The notes beneath the pieces were generated by a model. That model made no database searches and was not told where the DNA came from. It saw nothing but the letters and a program-made list of their open reading frames with translations. DNA of 64,000 nucleotides from the human T2T-CHM13v2.0 reference genome, Homo sapiens. Positions 13,211 through 27,937 of this stretch are shown here, piece by piece. The stretch's first letter is position 1. Each line of letters starts with the position of its first letter. The translations under genes were made by a program, and so were the position numbers. The stretch is from the NCBI RefSeq assembly GCF_009914755.1, contig NC_060943.1; one strand, given 5' to 3'.

Positions 13211-13535
13211 CAGGCATGCCTCATCTTACCGTGCCTTGCTTTCTTTTTTTAGAAATTGAAGGTTTGTGGCAACCCTGCGTTTAGCAAGCCTACTGGTGCC
13301 ATTTTTCCAACAGCATGTGTTCACTTTGTGTGTGTCAGCATTTTTTAGCAATAAAGTCTTTTTAAATTATGGCATGTACATTGATTTTTTGAGACATAAT
13401 GTTATTGCACTCTTAAGAGACTACAGTATACTGCAAACATAACTTTTATATGCACTAGGAAACACGAAAATTTCCAATATTTGCTTTATTGCAGTAGTCT
13501 GGAGCTGAAGCCGCAATATCTCTGAGGTATACCTG
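13211..13535 (-). mobile_element. Tigger1 internal-deletion derivative (TcMar)
   Basis: TIRs caggcatgcctc / gaggtatacctg with TA TSDs at both ends. Tigger1 terminus gctttattgc...ccgcaatatctctgaggtat. Confidence 0.85.
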
Positions 13536-13712
13536 TATATCAATTCATTGGATCCTCCTAATCCTCCTATGAAGTGCTATTATTTTTTTCCAGATGAGGA
13601 CACTGAGGTAGTGTTATCAATGTGCCCAAGCTGGTAATCAGCAGAGCTGGGACCCAAACCAAGAACACTAGTCTCTGGGGACCATGCTCTACCCACTCTA
13701 CTATACTGCCTC
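13536..13712 (-). mobile_element. MIR (host of the Tigger1)
   Basis: cagatgaggacactgagg...gcccaag...cagagctgggacccaaacc. Confidence 0.7.
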
Positions 13713-13819
13713 CTAAGTCGGCTTCTTAAAGTCCTGATAAACCACAATAAAGTAGTGTGTACTGGGATGCCTCACTGGCTCTACACCAGGACGTCTGGTC
13801 ATAAAATTCATCTAAGGTG

Positions 13820-15130
<1,311 letters not shown>

Positions 15131-15298
15131 CTGATTAAACACACACGTGGAAAAGGCCAAGGGAGATGCTGAAAAGGCAGCTGATAAAATTCGACATCCT
15201 TTCCTGATAAAATCTAGTAAGCCAGGAAGACAATGCTACTTCCTTAAACTCGTGATAAATATTTATCTGAAATCAACAGTCAGCATCAGGTTTTTGGC

Positions 15299-15621
15299 TT
15301 TTTTTTCTCTTTTTTTTTTTAAGAGATGGAGTCTCACTCTGTCGCCCAGATGGGAGTGCAGTGGTGTGATCATAGCTAACTGCCGCCTTGGCTTCCTGGG
15401 CTCAAGCAATCCTCCTGCCTCAGCCTTCCAAGTAGCTGGGACTACAGGGGTGCGTCACCACACTCAGCTAATTAAAAACATTTTTTTTTTTTTTTTTGTA
15501 GAGGCAGAGGTCTCCTATGTTGCCCAGGCTGGTCTTGAACTCCTGGCCTCAAGCAATCCTCCTGCCTTGGACTCCCAAAGTGCTGGGACTACAGGCATGA
15601 GTGTGTAATTACCATGCCTGG
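15299..15621 (-). mobile_element. Alu (AluJ-like)
   Basis: Poly-T head; TSD-like atcaggttt on both sides. Confidence 0.92.
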
Positions 15622-16951
15622 CAATATCAGGTTTAATGGTGAAACACTAGAGGAAAATCCATAAAGATGTCCACAGGGAGCACAGTTCCTTATGATTTCT
15701 AATATGATTCTCCAGGAGCAATGCGCCCAGCATTTGAAAAGACAATGCCTATTTATGTTAGTTTTGCCCCAAAATCTCTAGTCCTTCATTGACCAGGTTA
15801 CACATTTGCAGAAAGCTCTTCTCTCTGGTTCTCTGTCCAGCTTTCTGGCTGGACACCAAGTTGGTTTTCTCCACATGCCCATTCCTCAGTTACTCCTAGA
15901 GGCAAAATGAGCCATCCCTGCTTTAAGCCACAGGGTCCCACAGCCTGACCCCGCTGAGAGCCCCAGTTTCATTCTCGGATCCCTGGCTCTGTCGAATCTC
16001 TGGTGGAGAGACTCTCCACACTCGCCTGTCCCCAACTCCCTCCCTCATGCCAAGTGGTGTAGACACAGCAGGATGGACGGGCACACAGGACCTGCCCTGC
16101 CAGCACAGGGTAGGCTCTGGACTAAGGAATTCTCCACCCAAGACAGCCCTGGCTCTCGGGAAGGGCTCAGCTTAAATCCCCCTAGGCATGGCCAGCCAGG
16201 GTGCAGGACTCAAGGACTGCCCTCCTAGGGCTTGGACACGCAGATGGTGTTTCCTGACTGCTCTCATGATAGGCTGGGGCCCGTCTCCAACAGCCAAGCA
16301 AGTGCTAGCAGCAAACCTACTCCAAGCCACCTGAGGCAAAGAGGGTGTTTCTCCAGCCCAGACCTGTGTCTGAAGGGGCCCTCTTCTCTGAATGGGCTGT
16401 GCCAGTGCCCTCACCCATCAACACAGCCTTCAGAGAAAGGATGTGTCTGCTCAGCGGGTGCAGGGTCCTGCCCACGGACACACAGCTGGTCCCCAGGGCC
16501 CATCACATCCATTCTTACCTGGGGGCTCCGGTCTCAGAGGCCGCCTGGACCCAGACTTGTTCCAAACAGTCCTCAAAACTGCAGCACCCTTTGTGGGGGT
16601 GGCTAAATGGATGGCAGTCTCATTGATGCCCACATTTGTCCAGGCTGAGAGCAGATTAGGTCAGACTGTGCCTGGATGATGGAGACTGCATCTCCAGGAC
16701 CTCCCGGAGGAAGACGGGGACCTCCTAGTGACTTCCCTCTCCAGTGAAACCTGCGTCCTCTGCATGCCCTGTGAGGGGCCCCAGCCCTGGTCAGAGACAC
16801 ACAAGGTGTCTCACCATCCACCCAGAGTGCCCGGCAACACAGCCTCGTGTAGCCCCACACGGGAGGAGGACCATGTGGGCACAGGCATCCGAGATACAGT
16901 TCTTCAGGAGTCGCTGCACAGGAGGGACTCGGATGAAAAGCAGAGGGTGCC

Positions 16952-17190
16952 AGGCCGGGCATAGTGGCTTATGCCTAGAATCCCAGCACTGTGGGAGACC
17001 AAGGCAGCAGGAATGCTAGAGCTCTGGAGTTCTAGACCAGCCTGGGCAACAAGGCAAAACTCTATCTCTACGAAAAATAAAAAATTAGCTGGGCAAGGTA
17101 GTGAGCACCTGTGGTGCCAGTTATTTGGGGGGCTGAGGCGGGAGGATCACTTGAGCCCGGGAGGCAGAGATTGCAGCAAGCAGAGATCGC
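16952..17190 (+). mobile_element. Alu (AluJ-like), 3' truncated
   Basis: ggccgggcatagtggcttatgcct...gaggatcacttgagcccggg. Confidence 0.88.
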
Positions 17191-17325
17191 CCCAGAGGGG
17201 CGTCCTCTCTGCGGCCCCACGCCCCCTGCAGTCCTGAGCACTGTGGGCTGGCAGGGATGAGGGGGGCTGCCCACAGACTCTCCCACCTCCTGGCTGTCCT
17301 TACTGGAGTCAAAGTTTCTAGTCTT

Positions 17326-17619
<294 letters not shown>

Positions 17620-17809
17620 AGTTTCTAGTCTTAAAACAAGAAAACAAACAAACAAACAAACAAAAACAGAAAAAAAGAGAAAAAAATCTGTCCTGTTTAA
17701 CAAGAATGCAGCAAGGATTTTGCAACCTGCTCCCAGGCTGGATTCATGGAGAGCTCCAACCCCGCCCCCAGCACCCTCGGCTCGGGTGGCTCTGTACGGG
17801 TTGGGGGGC

Positions 17810-19620
17810 GGGTATGTATGTGGTATGTCAATGGGTGTGGTACATACCGTGTATGTGAGGCATGTGGTGGGTGGCGTGTGTATGGTGTGTAGTGTGTGTA
17901 TGGGGATGGTGGGTACATGTTGTGTGTGGTGTGTAGCATATGTGGTATGTATGGTGTGGTGTGTGCATATGGCTGTGGTGCATGTGTGTGGTGTGAATGT
18001 GTATGGCTGTGGTGTGTGCAGGGTATTGGTGTATGTGGTGTGTGGCTGTAGGTGGCATGCGATGTGTGGTGTGTAGGTGAATGTGGCATCAGATGTGTGG
18101 TGAGTGTGGTGTGTAGGTGCATGTGGCATGCGATGTGTGGTGTGTGTGGTGTGTAGGTGCATGTGGCATGAGACGTGTGGTATGTAGGTGTGTGTGGCAA
18201 GTGATGTATGGTGTGTGTGGTGTGTATGGCGTGTCATATGTATGCAGTATGTGGTATATGTGTGGTGTGTGTATGGTAGGTGGTATGTGGGGGTTGTGTG
18301 TGGAGGTGTGTATGTGTGGCGTACATGGCGCATGATGTGTATGTGTGGTGTGTGTGTGGTGTGGGGTGTGTGTGTGGTGAGTATGGTGTGGGCGGTGTGT
18401 ATGTGTGATGTGTGTGGCGTGTGTGTTTTGTGTGGTATGTGGCATGTGTGGTGTGTATGGTGGAGGTCTGTGGTGTGTGGTGTGTGGTATGTGGCATGTG
18501 TATGTGCTATGCAGCATGTGTGTTGTGTGAGGTGTACGTAGTGTGTATGGTATGTGTGGGGGTGTGTGAGGTGTGTGTGGTATATGGCATGTGTAGTGTG
18601 AGGGGTGTGTATGTGGTGTGCGGGAGTGTGTGGTGTGTATGGCATGCGTGGCGTGTATGTGGTGTGTATGGTGTGGTGTGTGTGGTATGTATGGTGTGTG
18701 TGTGGTGTGGGTGGCATGTATGAGGTGTGTGGTGTAGTGTGTGTGTGTAGCGTGGGGGGCATGTGCATGGAGTGAGTGTGGTGTATGTGGCATGTATGGG
18801 GTGTGTGGTGTGTTCTGTGTGTGTGTGGTGTAGGGGGTATATGTGGTGCATGTGTGTGGTGTATGTGGTGTGTGGGGCATGTGTGTGGTGTATGTGGCTC
18901 GTACAGGATGTATGGTGGTGTGTGTGTGGTGCATGGTGTGTATGGTGTGGTGTGTGTGGTGTATGTGGTGTGTGGTGTGGGGGCCATGTGTGTGGTGTAT
19001 GTGGCATGCACGGGATGTGTGGTGTTGTGTGTGTGGTGTGTATGGCGTGGTGTGTGTTGTGTATGTGGTGTGTGGTGTGTGTGGTGTAGTGTATGGTGTG
19101 TTGTGTGTGTTGTGTATGTGGTGTGTGGTGTGTATGGTATGTGTGTCATGTATGTGGTGTGTGGTGTGGGAGGCATGTGTGTGGTGTATGTGGCATGCAC
19201 AGGATATGTGGTGGTGTGTGTGTGCTATGTATGGTGTGTGTGTTGTGTATGTGGTGTGTGGTGTGTGTGGTGCAGGGGGCATGTGTGTGGTGTATGTGGC
19301 ATGCACGGGATGTGTGGTGTTGTGTGTGTGGTGTGTATTGTGTGGTGTGTGTCATGTATGTGATGTGTGGAGTGTGTGGTGTGGTGTGGGAGGCAAGTGT
19401 ACTGTATGTGGCATGCATGGGATGTGTGGTGTTGTGTATGTGGTGTGTATGGTGTGGTGTGTGTGTCGTGTATGTGGTGTGTGGTGTGTATGGTGTGGTG
19501 TGTGTCGTGTATGCGGTGTGGAGGGGCATGTGTGTGGTGTATGTGGAGTGCGCAGGATGTGTGGTATGTGGTGTGTATGGTGTGGCGTGTGTGTCATGTG
19601 TGTGGCATCTGGGGCATGTG
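17810..19620. repeat. About 1.8-kb degenerate (GTGTG/GTATG)n array with a higher-order unit of roughly 100 bp
   Basis: Almost entirely G/T on the plus strand; ggcatgtgtgtggtgtatgtggcatgcacgggatgtgtgg recurs. Confidence 0.95.
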
Positions 19621-21699
19621 TCTGGTTGGGGGAGACCCTCAGGTCGTGTCCCCTCTCCCCAGCCCATCTGTACTCGAGGGGCGCTGGGCACACAGAATCA
19701 CAACTTGCTCCATGTGGCCAAAGAGTAAGAAAAGCACCAAGGCCTTGAATGAGAAGGAGCACAGCTGGGCAAGCCCCTCACTCACAAGGGACTGACGGGG
19801 ACAGGAGCTGCGATTGAGGGCTGTCGCCTGTGGCAGGAGCGCCCAGAAAAGCCCAGGCCTGTGGAGAAGGGTCTCCAGTGGGTCTTGGCCTGGAAGGGGA
19901 CGCCACCACACGGTACCCGTCACACTACACAGATCCTCTCCCTTTCCCATGATTCTCATGACCCCCCAGAAACAAAAGGGCCCCAAATGCCCCATTCACA
20001 GCTCAGAGAGAAAGAGCATAATTTCAATCAAGGTCTCAGGCTGTCATACACATCGCGTTATTAATCTCCTTGTGGCAAATGTGAGCTGGGACTCGCTTAC
20101 ACAGCCAATGGAGCATGCTCTAAATTAGCGTTTGCAGGTAATGGATCCGGCCGCCAGCCCCACGCCAGCTGGCTACAAGCTGGGTACGCCACTAACATGA
20201 AATAATAGGAGGCAGAAAAACGGATGGCCTGATTGGGCCTGCTGTTAGAGCCCAATTTACCCAACACGGACGTCTTATTGGTTTAACACAATTTACTACA
20301 CCTCAATTGCGGAAAATGATTTTCATTCCTCTGAACCCTCAACTCCCAGGCGCCGCATGAGGGAGGAGTCTTCATAAATGCCATCCGCTCGCTCACTTTT
20401 TTTTTTTTAACATGCCTTCAAGATTTTATAACAAATCATAGATAATAAAACAAAAACAGATGAGGCTTAGAACTGGAGGTCCAGGCCACCATCGCTTGAG
20501 TCCTGGGGTGGGTGGTGTGTCCACCTTCGAGAAAACCAGCCCTGACTCCTGCCCCGAGTCCTGAACTGCAGAGCTCCCTGCCTTCATGCCCAGTGTCCCT
20601 GTGCAAGGCTGAAGCCAGCCAGGCCCCCAGCAGAAAGTCCAGCAGGTCTTAAGGATGCCCACCTTGCTCACAGGGTGCTGTCAACACATATAGAAGAGCG
20701 GCTGGTTTCCTTTGAACCCAGTGAGTCAGCGATTCACACAGCAGTGCAGCTGCCCCCCAGCCTTCCCTGGTAGCAGTTGAGCCTGTGTTCAAAGAGGCAC
20801 ACCCCCGGGTAACCAAAAACACGGGCTTTAGAAGAGATTTTTATTCCCCGACTAGTTAAGAAAAGAATTCTCAAGTTCCCAGTGACACAGAAGATGGCAG
20901 AAAAATCACTTAAAACCTTTTCTTCTCTTTTCCACCCACATACGTTTCCCGACACCTACAGTGGGTCAGACACCGCGCAGATAAATGAGACATGGTCCCC
21001 AAGAAGGCGCCTCCAGGCTCTCCAGGACAAGGACCACAAAACTGCATCACATAGTGATCCTGCCCTGGAGAGGGAGCTCGAGGCGGAAGAAGTGTCAGCC
21101 CACCTCCCTGGCTGCAGATGTCCCCAGGGGCTTCAACCTGGACACTGGCAATCGGGGCGCCTCCTCAAATCTGGCCAGGGATACTCCATGATGTGACACT
21201 TTCCCCAGACACCCATCTTCCCACCATCTTCAGAGGGGGTGACCCCTCTCTCCCAACTCGGTCCCCTCAGGAACAGCCTCCATCTCTTGTTCTTCCTGTC
21301 TCAGTCCCCGTACCCACCCCCCTGCTCTAAGCTCTCAGGGGCCCACAGATCAGATAGCTTCCCTGGTGGGCACGGTTTCCCCTCCCTATGTCCTGTGGCC
21401 TGCAGCAGGTGGGTGCGCATGGCAGGTGCACAGCATGGGCAGCAGGTACACACGCTGACCCGATGCCACTCAGCACCCTGTGGGAGGCTGCTCCTGGCTG
21501 AGAGCTTCCTGGTGCACTCGGCTGTGGCCTCTGGCTTCGAGCTCATCTCTCCAAGAGCCACTCTGGTCCACGCAGGAGGCGGCAGCAAGGCCAACCCAGG
21601 GTCTTGGGATGGGGGTGGAGGGAAGGTGGAGCAGTTTGTAGACAGGGGTGACATCTCCCCAGAGCTCAGGTTCACGACACCCTGCTTCCAACAGCAGCC

Positions 21700-22040
21700 A
21701 AGTACAACATGTGGACTCTGTGTGGATCCTGACTTGAACAAACCAATGCTAAAAAGAGTTTAGGATCAATACGGACTAGATATTCATGACATGAAGGAGT
21801 TACGGTTCGTTTGTGATAATGAATGTGATATTGGCATGGTGGTTATGTAAAAGTAGAAAAAAGTTCTCACCAACTGGAATACCTACTGAGGTATTTACAG
21901 GTGCTATGACACGATGTCTAGGATTTGGCTTTAAAATGCTCTAGCAAACAAAACTAAACACAAAAACCTGGTGGGGACTTTGGGGTTCATTATACTTTTC
22001 TATTATTTTGGATATTGAAATTTCCTGTTTAAAAAAAAAA
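21700..22040 (+). mobile_element. L1ME-type 3' end
   Basis: tggatcctgacttgaacaaacc...tactgaggtatttacaggtg...gggttcattatacttttcta. Confidence 0.7.
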
Positions 22041-23718
22041 AAAGACCTCCATTACCTGGAAGGCATGAGGGCTAAGGAACGGCGGGTATTCCAGGTCCCC
22101 TGGCCCCTGACCCATAGCCCATGCAGCCCTGTCCCCAGGTTGGGCAGGGTCGGGCTCTGGGACGCCGTGGGGAGGGAGGCTCAGGGCCCCTCCCAGTAGC
22201 CACCTCGGGAGCAGGACTGCCTGCAGCACGGGGCTCAAGCAGCCAGCATGCAGAGGACGGCAGGGTTCCACACTGGGCTCAGCTATTCCTGCCCCAATTT
22301 CTCAGTTATTTTTATTTGAAGCATCAGCTATGGGTCACTGTGATTCAACTCAAGCTGGGACAGGTTTCCGGGGCAGTGCCAATCTGAGGGACCCACTGTC
22401 CAGCCCACCTCGCTGGAGGAGCCCCACAACACACTTCCCATCCCAGATCCTCGGAGCGGGCAGGGGGTCCTGGGAATGCTGGGCCACAGACACCGCACTG
22501 CAGAAGGAGACCACGCAGACGCAAGTGCTGGGATAGCTCTGTGAGCCCTTCTCAGCCTCCCCGGCTGACGGAGCTGGGCTTCTGATTAACGTGTGTTACA
22601 CGGCCCCTCCCAGGATGCCAAGCACCTGGGTCAGGCCATTTTAACCTCCTCCTGGGCGGGGTAAGGAGAGAAGCACAGGCACTGACTGCTCAGAACTCCT
22701 TCCAGGGCAAGACCTTAAAAAGACACTCGTCCCCTAAGCACAGCCACAGCGAACTGAAGCATCCAAGCAGCCCACTACGGGCCCCATCCGACCTCGGCTC
22801 TGCACCCCACTGATGGCAGGCAGGCCAGCCTGGGAGGGTGATATGGAGCCAGCACCCCCAGGGCCGGGGCTCTGAACAGAGCAGGCCCTGAGGACATCTG
22901 GGGTGGACTTGGGCCCTGCAAGGGGGGTAAGGGATACCAGAAACCAAGCTCTCACAAGGACAGGCAGGAAAGGAAAGCCCAGAGTGAGGACATGGGGATG
23001 GCAGCTTCTTCAGTGTCACCTCCCCAGAGCTTCCAGGTGGTACCAACACTGGTGGGAGGTCTCGGAATGGGGGCCTCCTGCCCCAGGACACGGGTGGGAA
23101 GGGAGCCACTGAGGCAGTTTGGGTCTGACCCAAAGGTTTCCTTGTACCATGGGTGGCAGCACACTGACTTCGGGGTCCTGGAGCGGGGCTGAGCTGGCCA
23201 GGCCACACCCGCCACGGCTGGGCAGCCGCCGGAAGCTCCCCGGGTGCCACTGGCTCGCTGCAGCCCTAATAGGAGCAGAAGGCCAATGGAGCTCTCCAGA
23301 GCTCTTTATGGGCCATTTAACCATCCCTCAACCCAGTCGCCCGAGCACAGCAGACATAATGGCAGTGTTTACACATAAAAACGGCAAGCTGTTTTACTGG
23401 CGGCTTTCAGAGTCATAAGAGCAGCAATTTGGTAAAGTTTCCTGCAAATGGCAGAAACAAAGTCCGAGAGTAGAATGGTGGGGCACTAAACCACCCTGAA
23501 AAGTCATCGAAAACCATTACATCAAACACTCTGCCAAGAGCCAGGGAGGCGGGCGCAGTCGGAAGAAAAATAATCTTTGCTTGTGATCCTGAAGCCCTGT
23601 TCATAATCTCCGCTCACGGTGTGTGTGCCACTGCGGCGTCTCATCTGTTACTCACTCAGGGAACATAAATTACTGTTTTTTACCTTTTAATTTTACCCGG
23701 AGAAACATGGTGGCTTAC

Positions 23719-23765
23719 CTTTCCAACTCATATTCTTTCATTCCCACTTTTACAGCCTTCATTAC
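23719..23765 (-). CDS. PEPD: Prolidase exon 9 (47 nt): VMKAVKVGMKEYELE(S)
   Basis: gtcctccag|GTAATGAAGGCT...GAGTTGGAAAG|gtaagc; phase 0-2. Confidence 0.97.
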
Positions 23766-24617
23766 CTGGAGGACGGATATTAAGCAAAGACATTTGTATT
23801 AAGCAGATCAGTAACACAGCGTGATAAATAACATACAGCACTTCTTCAAAAGCACCTCTTCTTTAAAAAGGAAAAAAAGAATGATATGTGCATGCAGTGG
23901 TACAGACATGTGACAAATTAGAACTTTTTAAAAGCTCCAAAATCCATACAGTTTATTTAAACTGCTATGAAGCACTTCCATTTGGAAGCCGATAAATGCC
24001 ATGCCTCAAGTTACAGCTCAGAGGCCACCAGCAGCCCGAGGACAGTGAGGATTTAACCACGAGGTGCTTGGTGAATACTTAATGCCACGAAAGCTATGAC
24101 GATCACTAAAAGGCCTCCTTTGTTTAACTTTCATAAAACACGGAGAGCATTATCTCGTACAACAGAGTACGCTGCCCATCAATTACCCTTGTCTGTTTCC
24201 TAACACAAAACTGCAATGTTCCTGAGCAGACGGTGGGCCATCCTCATCTTTCAAGACATGTGTTTCCTTATTTGGTCTCATTCCTCCAGTAAAGCGGGAA
24301 GGTTTGGAAGAGAAATTTTCAGAAAATGGATGATGGTAATCAGTGTGTTTGAACCACAGTTAAGGACAAAAGATTCTTTAAAATGAGCTGAGAACTGCTG
24401 GGATATGAAGAAGGAGCACTCTACCCTCCCAGAATTGGGACTTTTTGTTGGATAATTTCCTGAGGATTAGTGTCCACGACTGCATGATGGGCAGGTGCCC
24501 TAAGCTGAGGAATTGGGGCAGAGCCCCTTCTGTCCCTGCCCTGTGCCCACCAGGGAACAGAAAAGAGAACAATCACTGTGTAAAACTTCCTACCTCTCAC
24601 TTGGCCCTCAGGGATTA

Positions 24618-24788
<171 letters not shown>

Positions 24789-25689
24789 TCAGAGACAGAA
24801 GAACAAAGCAGCAAATCAGTGACTTTCAGGAGGCACTGGCTGGACCCCTCCAGGGAGAGCTCAGGGCCTACCACACCCTGCACAGCCCAGAAGGCGTGTT
24901 GTGCAAGGCCAGAGTGGGGCCACCAAGGCCCAGGAGTGACAAGCTCCATGGAACAGTCTAGAAGAAAACCTCTAGCAGGGAGCAGAGCTGCTGCCCACCT
25001 TCCCTAACACCAGCCAGCGGGCAGACTGTTTCCAGGGATAAGATCTGGAAGCCGCTGCGGTGGGAGAAGAAGCCTGGTTGCTGCAGCTTGTCACAGGCTG
25101 CCTCCCTCAACCTCAGTTTCCCCATGCATGGAAGGGGGATGAAATCTACATGGCATGGCTACTGGGCCATAATCCTAAGCCTGCTGCCTCCCAGGGCTCT
25201 GTCCTGTTGGCTGAAGAGGCCTCGTTTCCTCCCCACCCCCACCCACCTGCCCACGGGTGGGTGACAGGGTCAGGTGAAGGGACAGAAGCCATTCCAGTTT
25301 CGTGTGTGCTGGTACAAATGTGGAAACAGCTGGACAGCAGACACAGCAGGAGACCAGGAGCAGAGAAGAGGGAGGCAGCCACAGATGAGAGGGTGGTCTA
25401 CGTGGGCAGGGGAGTCACAATCGAGGGACCCTGCTGTCCCTTCCTGGCTGGGCTGTGCCTCCTGCAACTGGACTCCTGAGGCTTCCAGGTCCTCCCAACA
25501 AACTTGTGTTAATTTGCCCAAATGTGGTTAGGTTTCTGGTGGTTGCAATCAATCTCACCCGCGAGTAAGACCCACAGAGAGGAGCCAAATAAGTATTCGT
25601 TTTCTACCTCCACCCATTTAAAAAAACCCTGGGTCCGCGGGCACAGAAAGGGCAGCCATGCTGAGGCATTCAGAGCACCGGCCTGGGAG

Positions 25690-25880
25690 AAAGGCCCTGG
25701 GCTCCAGTTCAGCTCCACCCCTTCCCAGCGGTGTGGCCAAGATCCCTACTCTGTGCCTCGGTTTCCCCATCTGAAAAACGGAGATATGAACACTGTTTTC
25801 ATCATAGGTTTGCAGTGAGAACGGAGTTGGCATTTTTAAAGCACTAAGGACAGTGCCTGGCACACAGTAAGTGCTGTGTA
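25690..25880 (+). mobile_element. MIR
   Basis: ctctgtgcctcggtttccccatctgaaaaacgg...cagtgcctggcacacagtaagtgct. Confidence 0.85.
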
Positions 25881-26529
25881 CACTTGTTCCAGAAACCAAG
25901 CGAAATGCAAAGCCTGCAGACACCACGTCATCCATACTTCCCACCCCAAAGCCAGGTGGAATGCTCTGATGTCCTTAGGTAGGACATCTTGATTCTCATC
26001 AAAACATTACTCCCCAGTATTCATGACAGGCCCACAAAGCTAGAGAAATCTCAGCAGGCAAACGCAGCTTCCCTTCACTTTAAATTGCCATTTACTGGGG
26101 ACCCGCCGCATGGTGGGTCCTGTAAGTTGCAGTGGATGCTGGGTGCACTGCCCAACTCATCCCCTGAGGCCACACCCCTCTACTGGTCTCCTTGATTCGA
26201 TGGAGGGAGCCAAGACTCAGCTCCCTCGCTTCAGCTGGGGACATCTCTGGGGGCCACTCCAGCACCAAAACTCCCCATGGGAGCAGCTGAGATGCCCTTG
26301 TGACAGCATCGCAGCCCAAGCCTGCTCCCTTACTCTGACACACACGCTGATCCTGAGAGCACTCCTCAATACGCTTCCTGCCTACTTGGCTCACAGACTC
26401 AGCTTCCCATGGAACCCAACCTAGAACAGGTACTACCTTCCCATTTTACAGATAGCGACACTGAGACTTAACTGAGACAATGTCAAAGAGCGCATGACCC
26501 ACTCTGTTACACTCACCCCCTTTTTGTTG

Positions 26530-27590
26530 CACTCCATGCAAAAATTATAGAACCCTACACCCAGACAAACTACTAACCAAATACAGAAGGAAACTAGTCC
26601 TTTTTAGACATTCAAAAACTCAGAAATTGGGGAAGTACTTAAGGATGTACTCCAGCAGAGAGAGAAGGGTAGAAGGGTGGGGAGAGGGAGAAAGCACAAG
26701 CCAATAAAGAGAAGGAGGTGATATAATGGGATATTTTTAAAAACTGGAGTCAATCCAAAAGTATAATTAGACACTGGACAGCAAGCCTAGAAAGCAATCA
26801 GTAGAAATTAGAACTCCAAGTATGTGGCTCTGAGAAAAACATCCACAAAAAGAATGGCATGGATTCCTTTCTGCAGATAAAATCAATAGGAAGCTTAAAG
26901 CTCTTAGTGATATGGTGAAGAAGATATGTTTCTTCTCTCAATAAGAAAGACGAAAGGCAAATTAAAACTCTAGGAACAACAAAACAAAACAGATATATGT
27001 ATGAAGGCTGCATTTATTCACATGGTACCAAAGTAACACCAGGTAGATTACTCTCCAGGTCAAGGGGGAAAATGTAACCCAGTGATCAGTCTTAGCATCA
27101 CTGATTGTGGGTCAACTAAGTATAATTTGTGTCTGAATGCAGTGCAATAAGAAATACACATCACCTGGGATGTATTCTGGCAAATGTTTTAAACTTCTAT
27201 GGCTTTAGATCTAACTTCCAGTTTGCAGGAAATATGGGGATAGAAGAACAAGCTAACCACCAACACAAGCGAACAACCATACAAATCCAGAATTGGGATG
27301 CTGTGGTACAACTGGTCCAGCCTTTCAGTATCTGGGGGGAAAACCATCACAATACCCAGGTAAGAGATAGAACTATATTGGCCACGTCCAGGATGTCTTA
27401 TGGACAACTGGAGGAATTCCTGTTTATGTGAACTTTCTAACTTTCAGCAATGCATGTATATATGTTGCTTTTGTACTAATGAAAAAAAAAAAAGAAATAA
27501 AAATTTTTTTCTAATAAAAAAACCATTCTTTAAACAGAGAATAAACTAAAATATGGAGTGATTTTGTATAGCTGGTGGTTATATAAGAAA
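26530..27590 (+). mobile_element. Ancient L1-derived fragments (ORF1-like and 3' pieces)
   Basis: A-rich; tagaaccctacacccagacaaact...cattcaaaaactcagaaa. Confidence 0.5.
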
Positions 27591-27599
27591 AACAGTCTA

Positions 27600-27937
<338 letters not shown>

